Shown one piece after another: positions 17,958-25,687 of a stretch of 33,807 bases of DNA. The notes beneath the pieces are model-generated. The model did no database searches and was not told where the DNA came from. It saw nothing but the letters and a program-made list of their open reading frames with translations. The position numbers and the translations under genes were made by a program. The first letter of the stretch is position 1. Each line of letters opens with the position of its first letter. Source of the DNA: a virus (taxonomy: Duplodnaviria; Heunggongvirae; Uroviricota; Caudoviricetes); the IMG/VR virus record IMGVR_UViG_2695420701_000007, positions 1 to 33,807 of that record; one strand, 5' to 3'.

Positions 17958-19092
17958 CCTCTCCGGCCTCCTGTTCGTCGTACCATTCATCCAGAAGATT
18001 GCTGAGAGCTTTTCTGTCTAATTCTAAAAGTTCAGATATGAAGGTTTCCGACGCGGAACCGGCTTCCCATGCTTTACGCGATAAGACGGTTAGGCGACCT
18101 TTATAATTTAGTGCTTCCCTTATGGGATTTGGCTCGTGTCTCTTCCAGCCTTTACGATTGGCGGTTGCCCATAGGTATCTAGTGTTTTGCTGATTAATTA
18201 AATTACATTTACTAAGACGCTCAATGATGCAAGTGGCTGATACTCTGAAAATGCTTTTTAGTCTAAGGACGGTTTCCTCATACGCCCATCCACCACCTTG
18301 CATGACGAATTGTTTTCGCAACGCGCTTTCTGGTACCAAAAAACAAGCAGCAAAGTGATTAGCAACTTTTTCTTCCGGTGAAATTGCTTTGCCATTAGTT
18401 TTATAGCTTTTAGCAGGGCCATCATACTCATCACGGTGGAAGATAAGATGAGCATATTCATGGCAAATACTGAAGATTTGACGTTCTATTGAAATGCTGT
18501 CGTGAACATTTACATAAATCGCGGTACCGTATTTGTTCGAAAACGCAGAAAATCCGAATACCATCCCTTTATCGGTTTCCTCGCGATTGAACGGGATCAC
18601 TCGAATATCCGATGCTTCCAAAATGGCTACAATGTCACCAACGCAAGTAGCGTTTCCCATACCAAGACGGAAACGTTCTTCCATAGCCTTATCTTCGACT
18701 CTTCGCAAATCTTCTGCTTTGGCGGTAAAAACAGGCATTGAGTTAGGAAGATCTTCTGGCAAATTAGCATCAGCAGCTTCCTCAATTGCATTGATATTTT
18801 TTAACTTTTCAATCAACTCATTGCGAAGTCTGGCATCCAACAAATCCGGACTATCTGCTCGCATTGCAAAACGAAACTCGCCATCATCTTGCTCATAAAA
18901 ATACCCGACAGGCTTATCGAAAATCTTGCAGAGCATGATGAGTTGGGTAACGCTTGGGACGCCTAGCGCCTGCTCAAACTTACTGTAGGTTTGACGAACA
19001 ACACCGATCGCATCTGCGACGGCGCTTGCACTCATTCCTGCGTCGTTTCTGGCCTGAACCAAGCGTTCTGCTATACGCTGTTGAATGTTCAT
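17947..19092 (-). CDS. HTH-XRE / ImmA-IrrE (M78-type) zinc metallopeptidase fusion protein (381 aa)
   Basis: N-terminal XRE helix-turn-helix (RLVQARNDAGMSASAVADAIGVVRQTYSKFEQALGVPSVTQLIMLCKIF). HExxH motif (SICHEYAHLIFH) followed by EEKVANHFAACFLVP, the usual third-ligand segment of ImmA/IrrE peptidases. Helical C-terminal ~80 aa with an acidic tail. Confidence 0.85.
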   Translation of the reverse strand: MNIQQRIAERLVQARNDAGMSASAVADAIGVVRQTYSKFEQALGVPSVTQLIMLCKIFDKPVGYFYEQDDGEFRFAMRADSPDLLDARLRNELIEKLKNINAIEEAADANLPEDLPNSMPVFTAKAEDLRRVEDKAMEERFRLGMGNATCVGDIVAILEASDIRVIPFNREETDKGMVFGFSAFSNKYGTAIYVNVHDSISIERQIFSICHEYAHLIFHRDEYDGPAKSYKTNGKAISPEEKVANHFAACFLVPESALRKQFVMQGGGWAYEETVLRLKSIFRVSATCIIERLSKCNLINQQNTRYLWATANRKGWKRHEPNPIREALNYKGRLTVLSRKAWEAGSASETFISELLELDRKALSNLLDEWYDEQEAGEDAV

Positions 19093-19145
19093 ACGTCACC
19101 TGAATTTAACAATGGTGGCTCTTATGGGTTTAGATTGGTTAATTA

Positions 19146-19174
19146 TTACTAACATTATGAATGGAGAGTTGCAA
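19146..19174 (-). promoter_or_regulatory. Candidate sigma70 promoter for the XRE-ImmA/PIN cassette
   Basis: On the minus strand: TTGCAA (19174-19169), a 17-nt spacer, then TAGTAA (19151-19146), about 50 nt upstream of the ATG at 19092. Confidence 0.4.
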
Positions 19175-19178
19175 AAAT

Positions 19179-19193
19179 CATAATTAAATTATG
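19179..19193. promoter_or_regulatory. 15-bp perfect palindrome (candidate operator) abutting the -35
   Basis: CATAATT-A-AATTATG has perfect 7-bp arms and lies 4 nt upstream of the candidate -35. Confidence 0.35.
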
Positions 19194-19246
19194 CAAATTT
19201 CATGGAGTGTGATGTGGTGTGGGTTCACACTCTCTGCTGATTACAT

Positions 19247-19267
19247 CCAGGGCGGTTTCCGCCCTGG
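19247..19267. other. GC-rich hairpin separating the early operon from the cassette
   Basis: CCAGGGCGG-TTT-CCGCCCTGG has a 9-bp perfect stem. There is no clear U-tract on either strand, so it is not a canonical intrinsic terminator. Confidence 0.4.
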
Positions 19268-19376
19268 CTCTGCTTACTCAGGAAATAACGCCCGGATATT
19301 TCCGGCCATCTGACTGGTTATCTGTGCGGTTGGTACTGGCTGTGGCGTGGGCGTTCTGCCCTGTTTGCGCCCTGAC

Positions 19377-19709
19377 CTATGCAATCCGCGCCGGATTCAT
19401 ATGGCACATGTTGTGTCTTTTTTCTGCATGGTAATGAGCTTTGTTCTCGTTAAACGGTAACACCTCATTCAGCCCGGCACTTCTGAAATCAGCGTGTAAT
19501 TGCTCCAGTACTGTTTCTTTATCAGCACCCGTTAATTCGAGATAATCCCAGAGGCTGGCGCATAAACCACAGTTTCGCGAAAATATTCTGCCTGGATTTG
19601 CTCCGTTTTTCAGCCACAAATCATAAGTAATATAAAATCCGTGAAGTTGTTGCCTGATACTTTCTTTGATTTCCTGCGCTGGCACGGTGCCTGGTAATTG
19701 CTCTCTCAT
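19377..19709 (-). CDS. Hypothetical protein (110 aa), last gene of the early operon
   Basis: Start set at ATG 19709, which overlaps the upstream stop (ATGA). No family recognised. Confidence 0.6.
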   Translation of the reverse strand: MREQLPGTVPAQEIKESIRQQLHGFYITYDLWLKNGANPGRIFSRNCGLCASLWDYLELTGADKETVLEQLHADFRSAGLNEVLPFNENKAHYHAEKRHNMCHMNPARIA

Positions 19710-20137
19710 TGTGAATCTCTCCTGTGTTGTGCCGGTCTGGCGCATGAATGGCGCTGCGGTAAAAAGACCCTTTGCGTCAGTGCGGCCTTGCGATTGACGG
19801 CAGTCAGCGTTCTGGCCAGCGCGACATTGTGTTTGCGGGTCTGCTCTTCGTGGTACTTCTGCATGATTTTCCCGGCCGGCGTGAGTGGTTCCGGCTCTTC
19901 CGGTGAACGGCGCGGACGAACGGCAACTATCCAGCTCTGATATTCACTGCCCGGTCGCCTGTTAAGTATGTCGGTGATGGTGGTTGTGGTGGTGCGATCG
20001 GGGCTGGCCACCGTGATTTCCAGTTCGTCCCCGGGCTGTGGTCTTGTGGCTACGCCTCTCAGTGTCATGGCTGGCGTGCGCTGGCGCATAACGGCGTCGA
20101 ACTGCTGACGCTGCATGGTGCAGTGAAATCGCGTCAT
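19706..20137 (-). CDS. Hypothetical protein (143 aa)
   Basis: The ATG overlaps the gpA-like stop (ATGA). The N-terminus is weakly ASCH-like (…QQFDAVMRQRTPAMTLRG…PGDELEI); this is not secure. Confidence 0.55.
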   Translation of the reverse strand: MTRFHCTMQRQQFDAVMRQRTPAMTLRGVATRPQPGDELEITVASPDRTTTTTITDILNRRPGSEYQSWIVAVRPRRSPEEPEPLTPAGKIMQKYHEEQTRKHNVALARTLTAVNRKAALTQRVFLPQRHSCARPAQHRRDSQ

Positions 20138-22626
20138 GATCTTACCTCCGCTGACGACTCCTGTGTGATGACGATGCGGCGGGTTGTGGCGCTCCAGTAC
20201 GCGATACGCCCGTCGCCCGGGCGAACGCGGGCACCGTTACTCACGGAAATAATGGCTGCGTCAGGCAGCTGCACACCCAGCGCGTCGAGTTCGCGGGTGA
20301 TTTGTGCGATGGTCGTGGTGTCGACAGGCACGACAACCTCCACCCTGACAGGGGTGTCTGATGCTGGTCTGGTGTTATTTTGTCCGGTATCCGTGGCGGG
20401 CGGCTGATTTTTAAGCTGTCTGATGAGCTGTTTCCGCTCGTAATGGCTCAATCCCTGCAACCATTGTGTCAGGCCATTTTCCGGAAGTGTCAGACGTTTC
20501 TCCTGCTGCCTGTTTTCTGTGCCGGTTCCGGCTGTTTTTTCGTCGCCGGGACAGTTATTGCCACGAGTCCAAGGGGCGGCAGGGCCGCCCTGAAGGTCAA
20601 AACCATTTTCGCGGGCGCTGTCTTCCGCTTCCGGTTTACGTCTTACCAGCTTCCAGTTGTCCGGATGCGTGCACACACGGGAGGATTCCCCGATGAGTGG
20701 CGACCAGATCCCGTAAATCTGTACGCTCTGTTCGCCGTAATCGTTCAGCTCATCTGCGAGGTCGTAGGCGGTGCGAATCAGGTAGTCCTTACGTGGAACA
20801 AGTACGCCGCCCTGTTTCTCTATGTAGGTGGCAAAACACCCGGCATCAGCGGCAGCAAGAACCGCATCCATTGCGTCATCCTTCAGCCGTTGCGGGCCTT
20901 CCGGGTTGCGTGCCATCTGGCTGGCAAGGCGGCGCAGTTCACGCCATACCTGACGGGAGGGGATGCCAAAGAACTGGAACTGGCGGACCCGGTGAAGGCG
21001 CGCCCAGCCGATGGCGCGTTCCACGCTTTCTGCCATCGTCTTTCCTGATTCGTCGTCGATGCGCGGTTTGCCTGTTTTCGGGTCAATGCCATCCACGGCG
21101 TGGCTGTCCAGGTTCTTTCCGATGTAGGTGGCGATATAGCTGGTCGGCGTACCTTTCGAACCGTCGACGTACTCCGCCTTAAAGCGCGGAGTTATGTCAT
21201 CGCCCAGCTCGTGGCGGTCTTCACGAATGGCAATATCGCGGGCGATGGTCACGATGCTGTCGATTTCTTCAGGATGTGCAAAGACCATCATATGCCAGTG
21301 CACCGTGCCGTCATGGTGAGGCTCCACCGTGCGGATGCCATACCAGCGCAGGCCCTTGCGGTCCAGTCTGTTACGAACGGCTTTAAAAAAAGTGTTAACC
21401 AGATAATCACTGGAATCGCGCATGGTAGCCCCGTTCCATTTGGGGTTCGGATGACCGTTCTCCGTTGTTGCGTGGTATTTTGACGGGCAGGTGACAGTCA
21501 GAAACACCGCTTTGTCGCCACGGGATTCGGCTATAAGTTCCGCCCCTTTCATGGTGGCCATCATTTCTGCCTTACGGTGAACCGGGTTACTTACTCCCGC
21601 GTAATACACTGTCTCGAGATCAATCGTGAACCCGTCTTCATTTTCCAGCATGAAACTTTTCAGGAAATCGCGTGTTTTCTCGCGCTGTGCGCGAAACTCA
21701 CTTAACGCGTCCTGGCTCAGATAGGGCGATGTTTTTCTGGAAACCAGACAGGCGGCGCGGAGTTGTTCTTCTCTCCACTCGCAACGTAAAAGCCACAGTT
21801 TGCGTTTCCACCAGTCCGCACAGGTCAGGCGAAGGATTGCGCCCGGCAGCAGTTCCGTGTCCGGTTCGTTCTTGCGGTCTTTGTCTGTTGTCAGCGCGTC
21901 ATAATGTGGAGGCATGGCGTGCAGGTGTAGCGCCATGCGGGCCAGCATCTGATACGCCTTCAGTGCCACCTCCATGGTCAGCTCGCCATCTCTGGCACCG
22001 AAACCATCACAGAGTGTTTCAAAGGAGCTGCTGAACATTGCCGCCGTCATGGTGCCCAGCGTCTGTATCTGGTGCTTGTTAAGCTGCGGCAGGTACAGCA
22101 AATCGTCCAGGCGTTCGCGTCCGGCAAGGGCGCGATAACCCGGTGTCAGCCAGCGGCTGTCGGTGCGGTCCAGTCGTTCGAATATTTTGCGCAGGGTTCC
22201 GCGCGCGTAGCCCTCTGATGGTCGACTCTTTTTGCCTTTCTGGCGGTCAGATTCCTGCTTCTTACGTAAAAAAGAGAGGCGGCGGCTCAGAGGTTCACGC
22301 AGATAAACAGGTAGCGCCTTTAGTGTGACAAATGCACGGGCCACCGGGTCTTGTTCTGTTGCCTGGCGCTTGCTGATGATGCTTTGTGTTACCTTCTCGC
22401 GCCGTTCGTCCTCATCGAGGGCGACCATGAGTTTTTTACCCATGTCTGACTGCACAAAAAAGGCTTCTTCTTCCGCCTCCCTGACTTCCTGTGCTTTCAG
22501 ATCTGCTTCCTGGTAGTAGCGTATGGCCTGTTGCAACGGGGTTTCAGGCGTAGGCTGATACTTCGCAAATGTGGCTGGGTCAATGGCCTGCCGTGGTTCG
22601 TTCCAGTCCCAGGTAAATTCACTCAT
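20134..22626 (-). CDS. Replication initiation endonuclease (P2 gpA-like, 830 aa)
   Basis: HUH-type motif (TVEPHHDGTVHWHMMVF). Size and position match P2 gpA. Start set at ATG 22626, which overlaps the upstream stop (ATGA). Confidence 0.85.
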   Translation of the reverse strand: MSEFTWDWNEPRQAIDPATFAKYQPTPETPLQQAIRYYQEADLKAQEVREAEEEAFFVQSDMGKKLMVALDEDERREKVTQSIISKRQATEQDPVARAFVTLKALPVYLREPLSRRLSFLRKKQESDRQKGKKSRPSEGYARGTLRKIFERLDRTDSRWLTPGYRALAGRERLDDLLYLPQLNKHQIQTLGTMTAAMFSSSFETLCDGFGARDGELTMEVALKAYQMLARMALHLHAMPPHYDALTTDKDRKNEPDTELLPGAILRLTCADWWKRKLWLLRCEWREEQLRAACLVSRKTSPYLSQDALSEFRAQREKTRDFLKSFMLENEDGFTIDLETVYYAGVSNPVHRKAEMMATMKGAELIAESRGDKAVFLTVTCPSKYHATTENGHPNPKWNGATMRDSSDYLVNTFFKAVRNRLDRKGLRWYGIRTVEPHHDGTVHWHMMVFAHPEEIDSIVTIARDIAIREDRHELGDDITPRFKAEYVDGSKGTPTSYIATYIGKNLDSHAVDGIDPKTGKPRIDDESGKTMAESVERAIGWARLHRVRQFQFFGIPSRQVWRELRRLASQMARNPEGPQRLKDDAMDAVLAAADAGCFATYIEKQGGVLVPRKDYLIRTAYDLADELNDYGEQSVQIYGIWSPLIGESSRVCTHPDNWKLVRRKPEAEDSARENGFDLQGGPAAPWTRGNNCPGDEKTAGTGTENRQQEKRLTLPENGLTQWLQGLSHYERKQLIRQLKNQPPATDTGQNNTRPASDTPVRVEVVVPVDTTTIAQITRELDALGVQLPDAAIISVSNGARVRPGDGRIAYWSATTRRIVITQESSAEVRS

Positions 22627-23012
22627 GGTTGACACCCTGTCACGCGTTGCCATTCCTGCGAGAAGAGGGCAGAAAGACGGTTAAACTCAGTGGTGTATTC
22701 ACTCAGCGAGGCACACCCGCCAGCGGTGCGATGCGCCAGCATTGCTGCAAACACGGAGGCAGGGGAGTTGTAATACGCCAGCAGGGAGTCGCCGTGTGGT
22801 GTCAGGGTGTACAGGGCCAGACCGTGTGGTGTGAAGTCCACGCGGTAACAGTCGTCCACGATGAAATAAAGGGGGCCTGCGTTCTCTGGTTTTGTGGTGC
22901 GAGCCTGGCTGGCGCGGGCACGGAGATAGAAATCAAACATTGCCTGAAGTTTTGGAGCCAGACGGGTGTCCTGTGTGCGCACCCATTTTACGAAGTCATG
23001 ACGGTCAATCAT
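22623..23012 (-). CDS. Hypothetical protein (129 aa)
   Basis: ORF with GAGG 7 nt upstream of the ATG. Translationally coupled to the gpA-like gene. Confidence 0.6.
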   Translation of the reverse strand: MIDRHDFVKWVRTQDTRLAPKLQAMFDFYLRARASQARTTKPENAGPLYFIVDDCYRVDFTPHGLALYTLTPHGDSLLAYYNSPASVFAAMLAHRTAGGCASLSEYTTEFNRLSALFSQEWQRVTGCQP

Positions 23013-23084
23013 GCTGCACCTCGCTTTGTTAAAGATGTGCGAAGGCCTCCCGCCGCAAGGTGCAGGAAAGGCCCGGAACAGGAA

Positions 23085-23315
23085 TTAATGGAGTTTGTTT
23101 TGCTGCTGGATGAGCTGTTGAAGCTCGTGCAGATCATCCGCCAGATAGCTGAATACAGCGGCGCAGTAGCTGTCTGACAGCGCGTGGCTGCGTTCATGCA
23201 GCATATTGATGTGCATGATTTGCGCGACGCGTGATGCGCGGAAAAGTCTGCGGTTGATTTCAGTCCGGATGTGACGACGCGCAGCGTATGCGCGCTGTTG
23301 TTTGCGGTTTGCCAT
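23085..23315 (-). CDS. Hypothetical small basic/helical protein (76 aa)
   Basis: AGAGG 8 nt upstream of the ATG. The sequence looks helical (…DDLHELQQLIQQQNKLH). Preferred over the overlapping 208-aa ORF. Confidence 0.55.
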   Translation of the reverse strand: MANRKQQRAYAARRHIRTEINRRLFRASRVAQIMHINMLHERSHALSDSYCAAVFSYLADDLHELQQLIQQQNKLH

Positions 23316-23490
23316 GATGTGGCCTCTATGTGTGTAAGTTTTGAAAACTCACCATCCAGAGCTGCGAAACTGTGGGTGGCGAGACGTACGAGGTTCGCAG
23401 TACCGGCAAACATAGAACCCGGCCCGACCGAAGTCGGCCCCGTACGCCCCACCATAATTCGTGTGCGAAAAAGATGTGGCGATACAGTAC

Positions 23491-23618
23491 GCACAAAAAA
23501 ACCGCTGGCGCGGTTGTGCGCTATGTTTGTCAGCGGGCTGCGAAACCCGGCACCCGTTTTATGAGGTGCAGCGGAAATGTAACCTGACTGATTGCGACAT
23601 GGCAAGCGGTTTTTTTGT
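23491..23618. repeat. Perfect 15-bp inverted repeat flanking 98 bp
   Basis: CACAAAAAAACCGCT at 23491-23505 and its exact reverse complement AGCGGTTTTTTTGTG at 23604-23618. Confidence 0.9.
23492..23516 (-). terminator. Intrinsic terminator-like hairpin inside the early operon
   Basis: The minus strand reads AACCGC-GCCA-GCGGTT followed by a T run (7 T in total). Confidence 0.5.
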
Positions 23619-23635
23619 GTGTGCATGATGATCAC

Positions 23636-24190
23636 TCAGTTCGGCAGCAGTTCGTACAACAGGGCGTCGGCGGCGGTCCGGCGGTTGTAGAGGTGAAACG
23701 CCGTATCATCGCTGATGTGCATTTGCATCGTGATGTTGATGTGTTTCGCGATTATGCAGAACGTCATGTTGCGTCTGTCGCGTAGCTCCGTAACCAGCTC
23801 AGCCAGACGATCGCTGTATCTGGTGCAATGGTGGCTCTCGCCGCATTTCTTAAGGCTGTAACCCCGTTTATGCAGTGTGTACCTCACGGTGCACTCGCTG
23901 CGTCCCACCTTCCGGGCCAGTTCCCGTGCGGTTTTTGCGTGACGGTTTTTGGTGAGAAAGGCGATGGCTTCTGCACTCAGCGGTGCTTTTCTCTTGCGAC
24001 CAATCAACCCGCGATTACGTAAAAAAAGAATCCGGTGCATCACTGCGCTGCGGGTTCGCTGAAGTCGTTCAGCCATTTGCCATGTGCTGTGATCCTGATA
24101 AAGCGAGATAAGCAGTTCGTCTTCCTGTTGTGTCCAGGCACTGACGTGCTTCGGTGCTTTACCTGGTCCCCCCATTGGTTTCAGAAACAT
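23636..24190 (-). CDS. Multi-HTH (Myb/SANT-like) DNA-binding protein (184 aa)
   Basis: WTQQEDELLISLYQDHSTWQMAERLQRTRSAVMHRILFLR looks like a Myb/SANT repeat. Two further HTH-like segments follow (AKTARELARKVGRSECTVRYTLHKRG and others). Confidence 0.55.
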   Translation of the reverse strand: MFLKPMGGPGKAPKHVSAWTQQEDELLISLYQDHSTWQMAERLQRTRSAVMHRILFLRNRGLIGRKRKAPLSAEAIAFLTKNRHAKTARELARKVGRSECTVRYTLHKRGYSLKKCGESHHCTRYSDRLAELVTELRDRRNMTFCIIAKHINITMQMHISDDTAFHLYNRRTAADALLYELLPN

Positions 24191-24492
24191 GATTTGGCCT
24201 CCTTACGGCTTTCTGGTGTGGAGATGATCAGATTCAGTTTCAGGGCGGTGGCGTGTTCCTCTTTTGCCCCCGGCGAGTCCTCCCAGCCATCCAGCAGGTA
24301 AATCACATCGGCACAGTGCAGCATGGCGCTCCCGATAAGCATGTAGTCCCTGTATCTCAGCCCGTCAGGGAGTGTTGCGGGGTTGAGTACGGTATGACCC
24401 TGCATCCTCAGGCGGGTCGCCGTCATGGTGAAGGCGGTGCGGTTGAAATCAGGCTTCCCCGTCATGGGGCCAGCGATATAGATAACGGCCAT
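24181..24492 (-). CDS. DUF4406-like (nucleoside 2-deoxyribosyltransferase-like fold) protein (103 aa)
   Basis: MAVIYIAGPMTGKPDFNRTAF…VLNPA…CADVIYLLDGWEDSPGAKEEHATA matches the family pattern from memory. Confidence 0.6.
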   Translation of the reverse strand: MAVIYIAGPMTGKPDFNRTAFTMTATRLRMQGHTVLNPATLPDGLRYRDYMLIGSAMLHCADVIYLLDGWEDSPGAKEEHATALKLNLIISTPESRKEAKSCF

Positions 24493-25451
24493 TACATGAT
24501 CTCCGTGGTGGGGTGTGGAGCGGGAATGTGAGACAGCCAGCCCGCATTGACATCCCGGATCCGGACCTCACGGGCTGGCGGATAAACACCAATCACCTCT
24601 TTTGCCTGCTGGCGTGCACTGCTGCTGGCAGCCACAGCGCGGCGAACGCTCAGGGTGTGCAGCTCAAACGAGGAATAGATCTGCCGGGTTTCGGAGGTGT
24701 CACTGTTGGAGACCACCGGGTGGATACCGTAACGCTGCCAGGCGTTCATCATGAGCGCCGCAAGGTCACGGTGGTCTTTGCGGGTAAATGCCCGGCCGTT
24801 GTAGTGAGTGAACGCCTCTTTACCGTCCGGTGGCAGGTAGGGCGGATCGCAGTAAATGGCGATATCGCCGTGCACCGAAGAAAAACGGCGGATCTCAGCC
24901 GGCATTGTGAAGGCTGTACGGAAATCCGCGTGAATAAAGCGGGTCCGGGTCTCGTTGGCTTTATCAGCAAACAGGCGCATTTCCTGGCAGGGGAAATAAG
25001 GCATGCGGTGTTTGCCGAATGGCACATTGAATTCGCCTTTTTGGTTGGTGCGGTACAGGCCGTTAAAGCAATGGCGGTTCAGGTACAGAAACAGCGCTGC
25101 CCATTCCAGGGATTCGCCGCGTAATCTGTCGGTGGCCAGCGCGATGGTGTTAAATGCCCCGCGATGGCGTTTGTAGGCTTCCGGTGTGCCGCCATCCTTA
25201 AAGAGCGACCATGCACGATCCATTAATTCCGTGGTGTTGGTCGTCAGTTGCTGGTAGAAATTAATCAGCGCGGGGTTGCTGTCACACAATACGTAATAGT
25301 CATAATCCGTGTTCATGAAGACCGAGCCGCCGCCCACGAAGGGTTCGATCAGGCAGGCGGCTTTGGGTAAATATTCGCGCAGCTGCGGCATGATACTGAA
25401 TTTGCCGCCCGCCCATTTGAGCGGTGAGCGCTGGTTCAGAATACCTTTCAT
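24492..25451 (-). CDS. DNA adenine methyltransferase (Dam-like, 319 aa)
   Basis: Motifs PLKWAGGK, EPFVGGGSVF (SAM binding) and CDPPY (catalytic). Confidence 0.9.
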   Translation of the reverse strand: MKGILNQRSPLKWAGGKFSIMPQLREYLPKAACLIEPFVGGGSVFMNTDYDYYVLCDSNPALINFYQQLTTNTTELMDRAWSLFKDGGTPEAYKRHRGAFNTIALATDRLRGESLEWAALFLYLNRHCFNGLYRTNQKGEFNVPFGKHRMPYFPCQEMRLFADKANETRTRFIHADFRTAFTMPAEIRRFSSVHGDIAIYCDPPYLPPDGKEAFTHYNGRAFTRKDHRDLAALMMNAWQRYGIHPVVSNSDTSETRQIYSSFELHTLSVRRAVAASSSARQQAKEVIGVYPPAREVRIRDVNAGWLSHIPAPHPTTEIM

Positions 25452-25687
25452 GCGTCACTCTCCGGTTTTTTCCCGCGTGTGAATGGGGTGGGTTCGAGCG
25501 TGATTTCGCGCCGGATATTGCGCACGCGTAACTGCGAGCCGTCGTTCAGGCAGATCACGCGTTCATCATCCGGGCCGGTGATGTTGTCCAGCAGCGAACG
25601 GTCAGGGTTGATGTGGCGTTCCCTGATGCGGTAATGGTCGCCGGTGACAGTGCTCTCGCACAGAATGCAGATAATGGCGGGTTTCAT
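25448..25687 (-). CDS. Hypothetical protein (79 aa)
   Basis: ATGA overlaps with both neighbouring genes. Confidence 0.55.
   Translation of the reverse strand: MKPAIICILCESTVTGDHYRIRERHINPDRSLLDNITGPDDERVICLNDGSQLRVRNIRREITLEPTPFTRGKKPESDA

Noticed and set aside
19219-19434. 71-aa plus-strand ORF in the spacer upstream of the cassette
   Set aside because: It starts at a non-ATG codon, spans the hairpin and the inverted repeat, and runs antisense into the 110-aa gene. It has no RBS.
20380-22034. Several 100-220-aa plus-strand ORFs antisense to the gpA-like gene
   Set aside because: All lie antisense within a confidently assigned 830-aa gene. They have no RBS context, and their R/G/P-rich composition is typical of antisense frames.
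23491-23618. Retron-like msr/msd (terminal inverted repeats flanking a structured segment)
   Set aside because: No reverse transcriptase gene lies anywhere nearby, and I could not identify the conserved branching-G context. An attenuator or sRNA is the more economical reading.
23009-23635. 208-aa minus-strand ORF covering the gap after the multi-HTH gene
   Set aside because: Its composition does not look protein-like: it is rich in S/T/R/H/C and runs through A7/T7 tracts and hairpins. It fully overlaps the better-supported 76-aa gene, which has an AGAGG RBS, in another frame. It also runs into the 129-aa gene. I treat 23316..23635 as non-coding.
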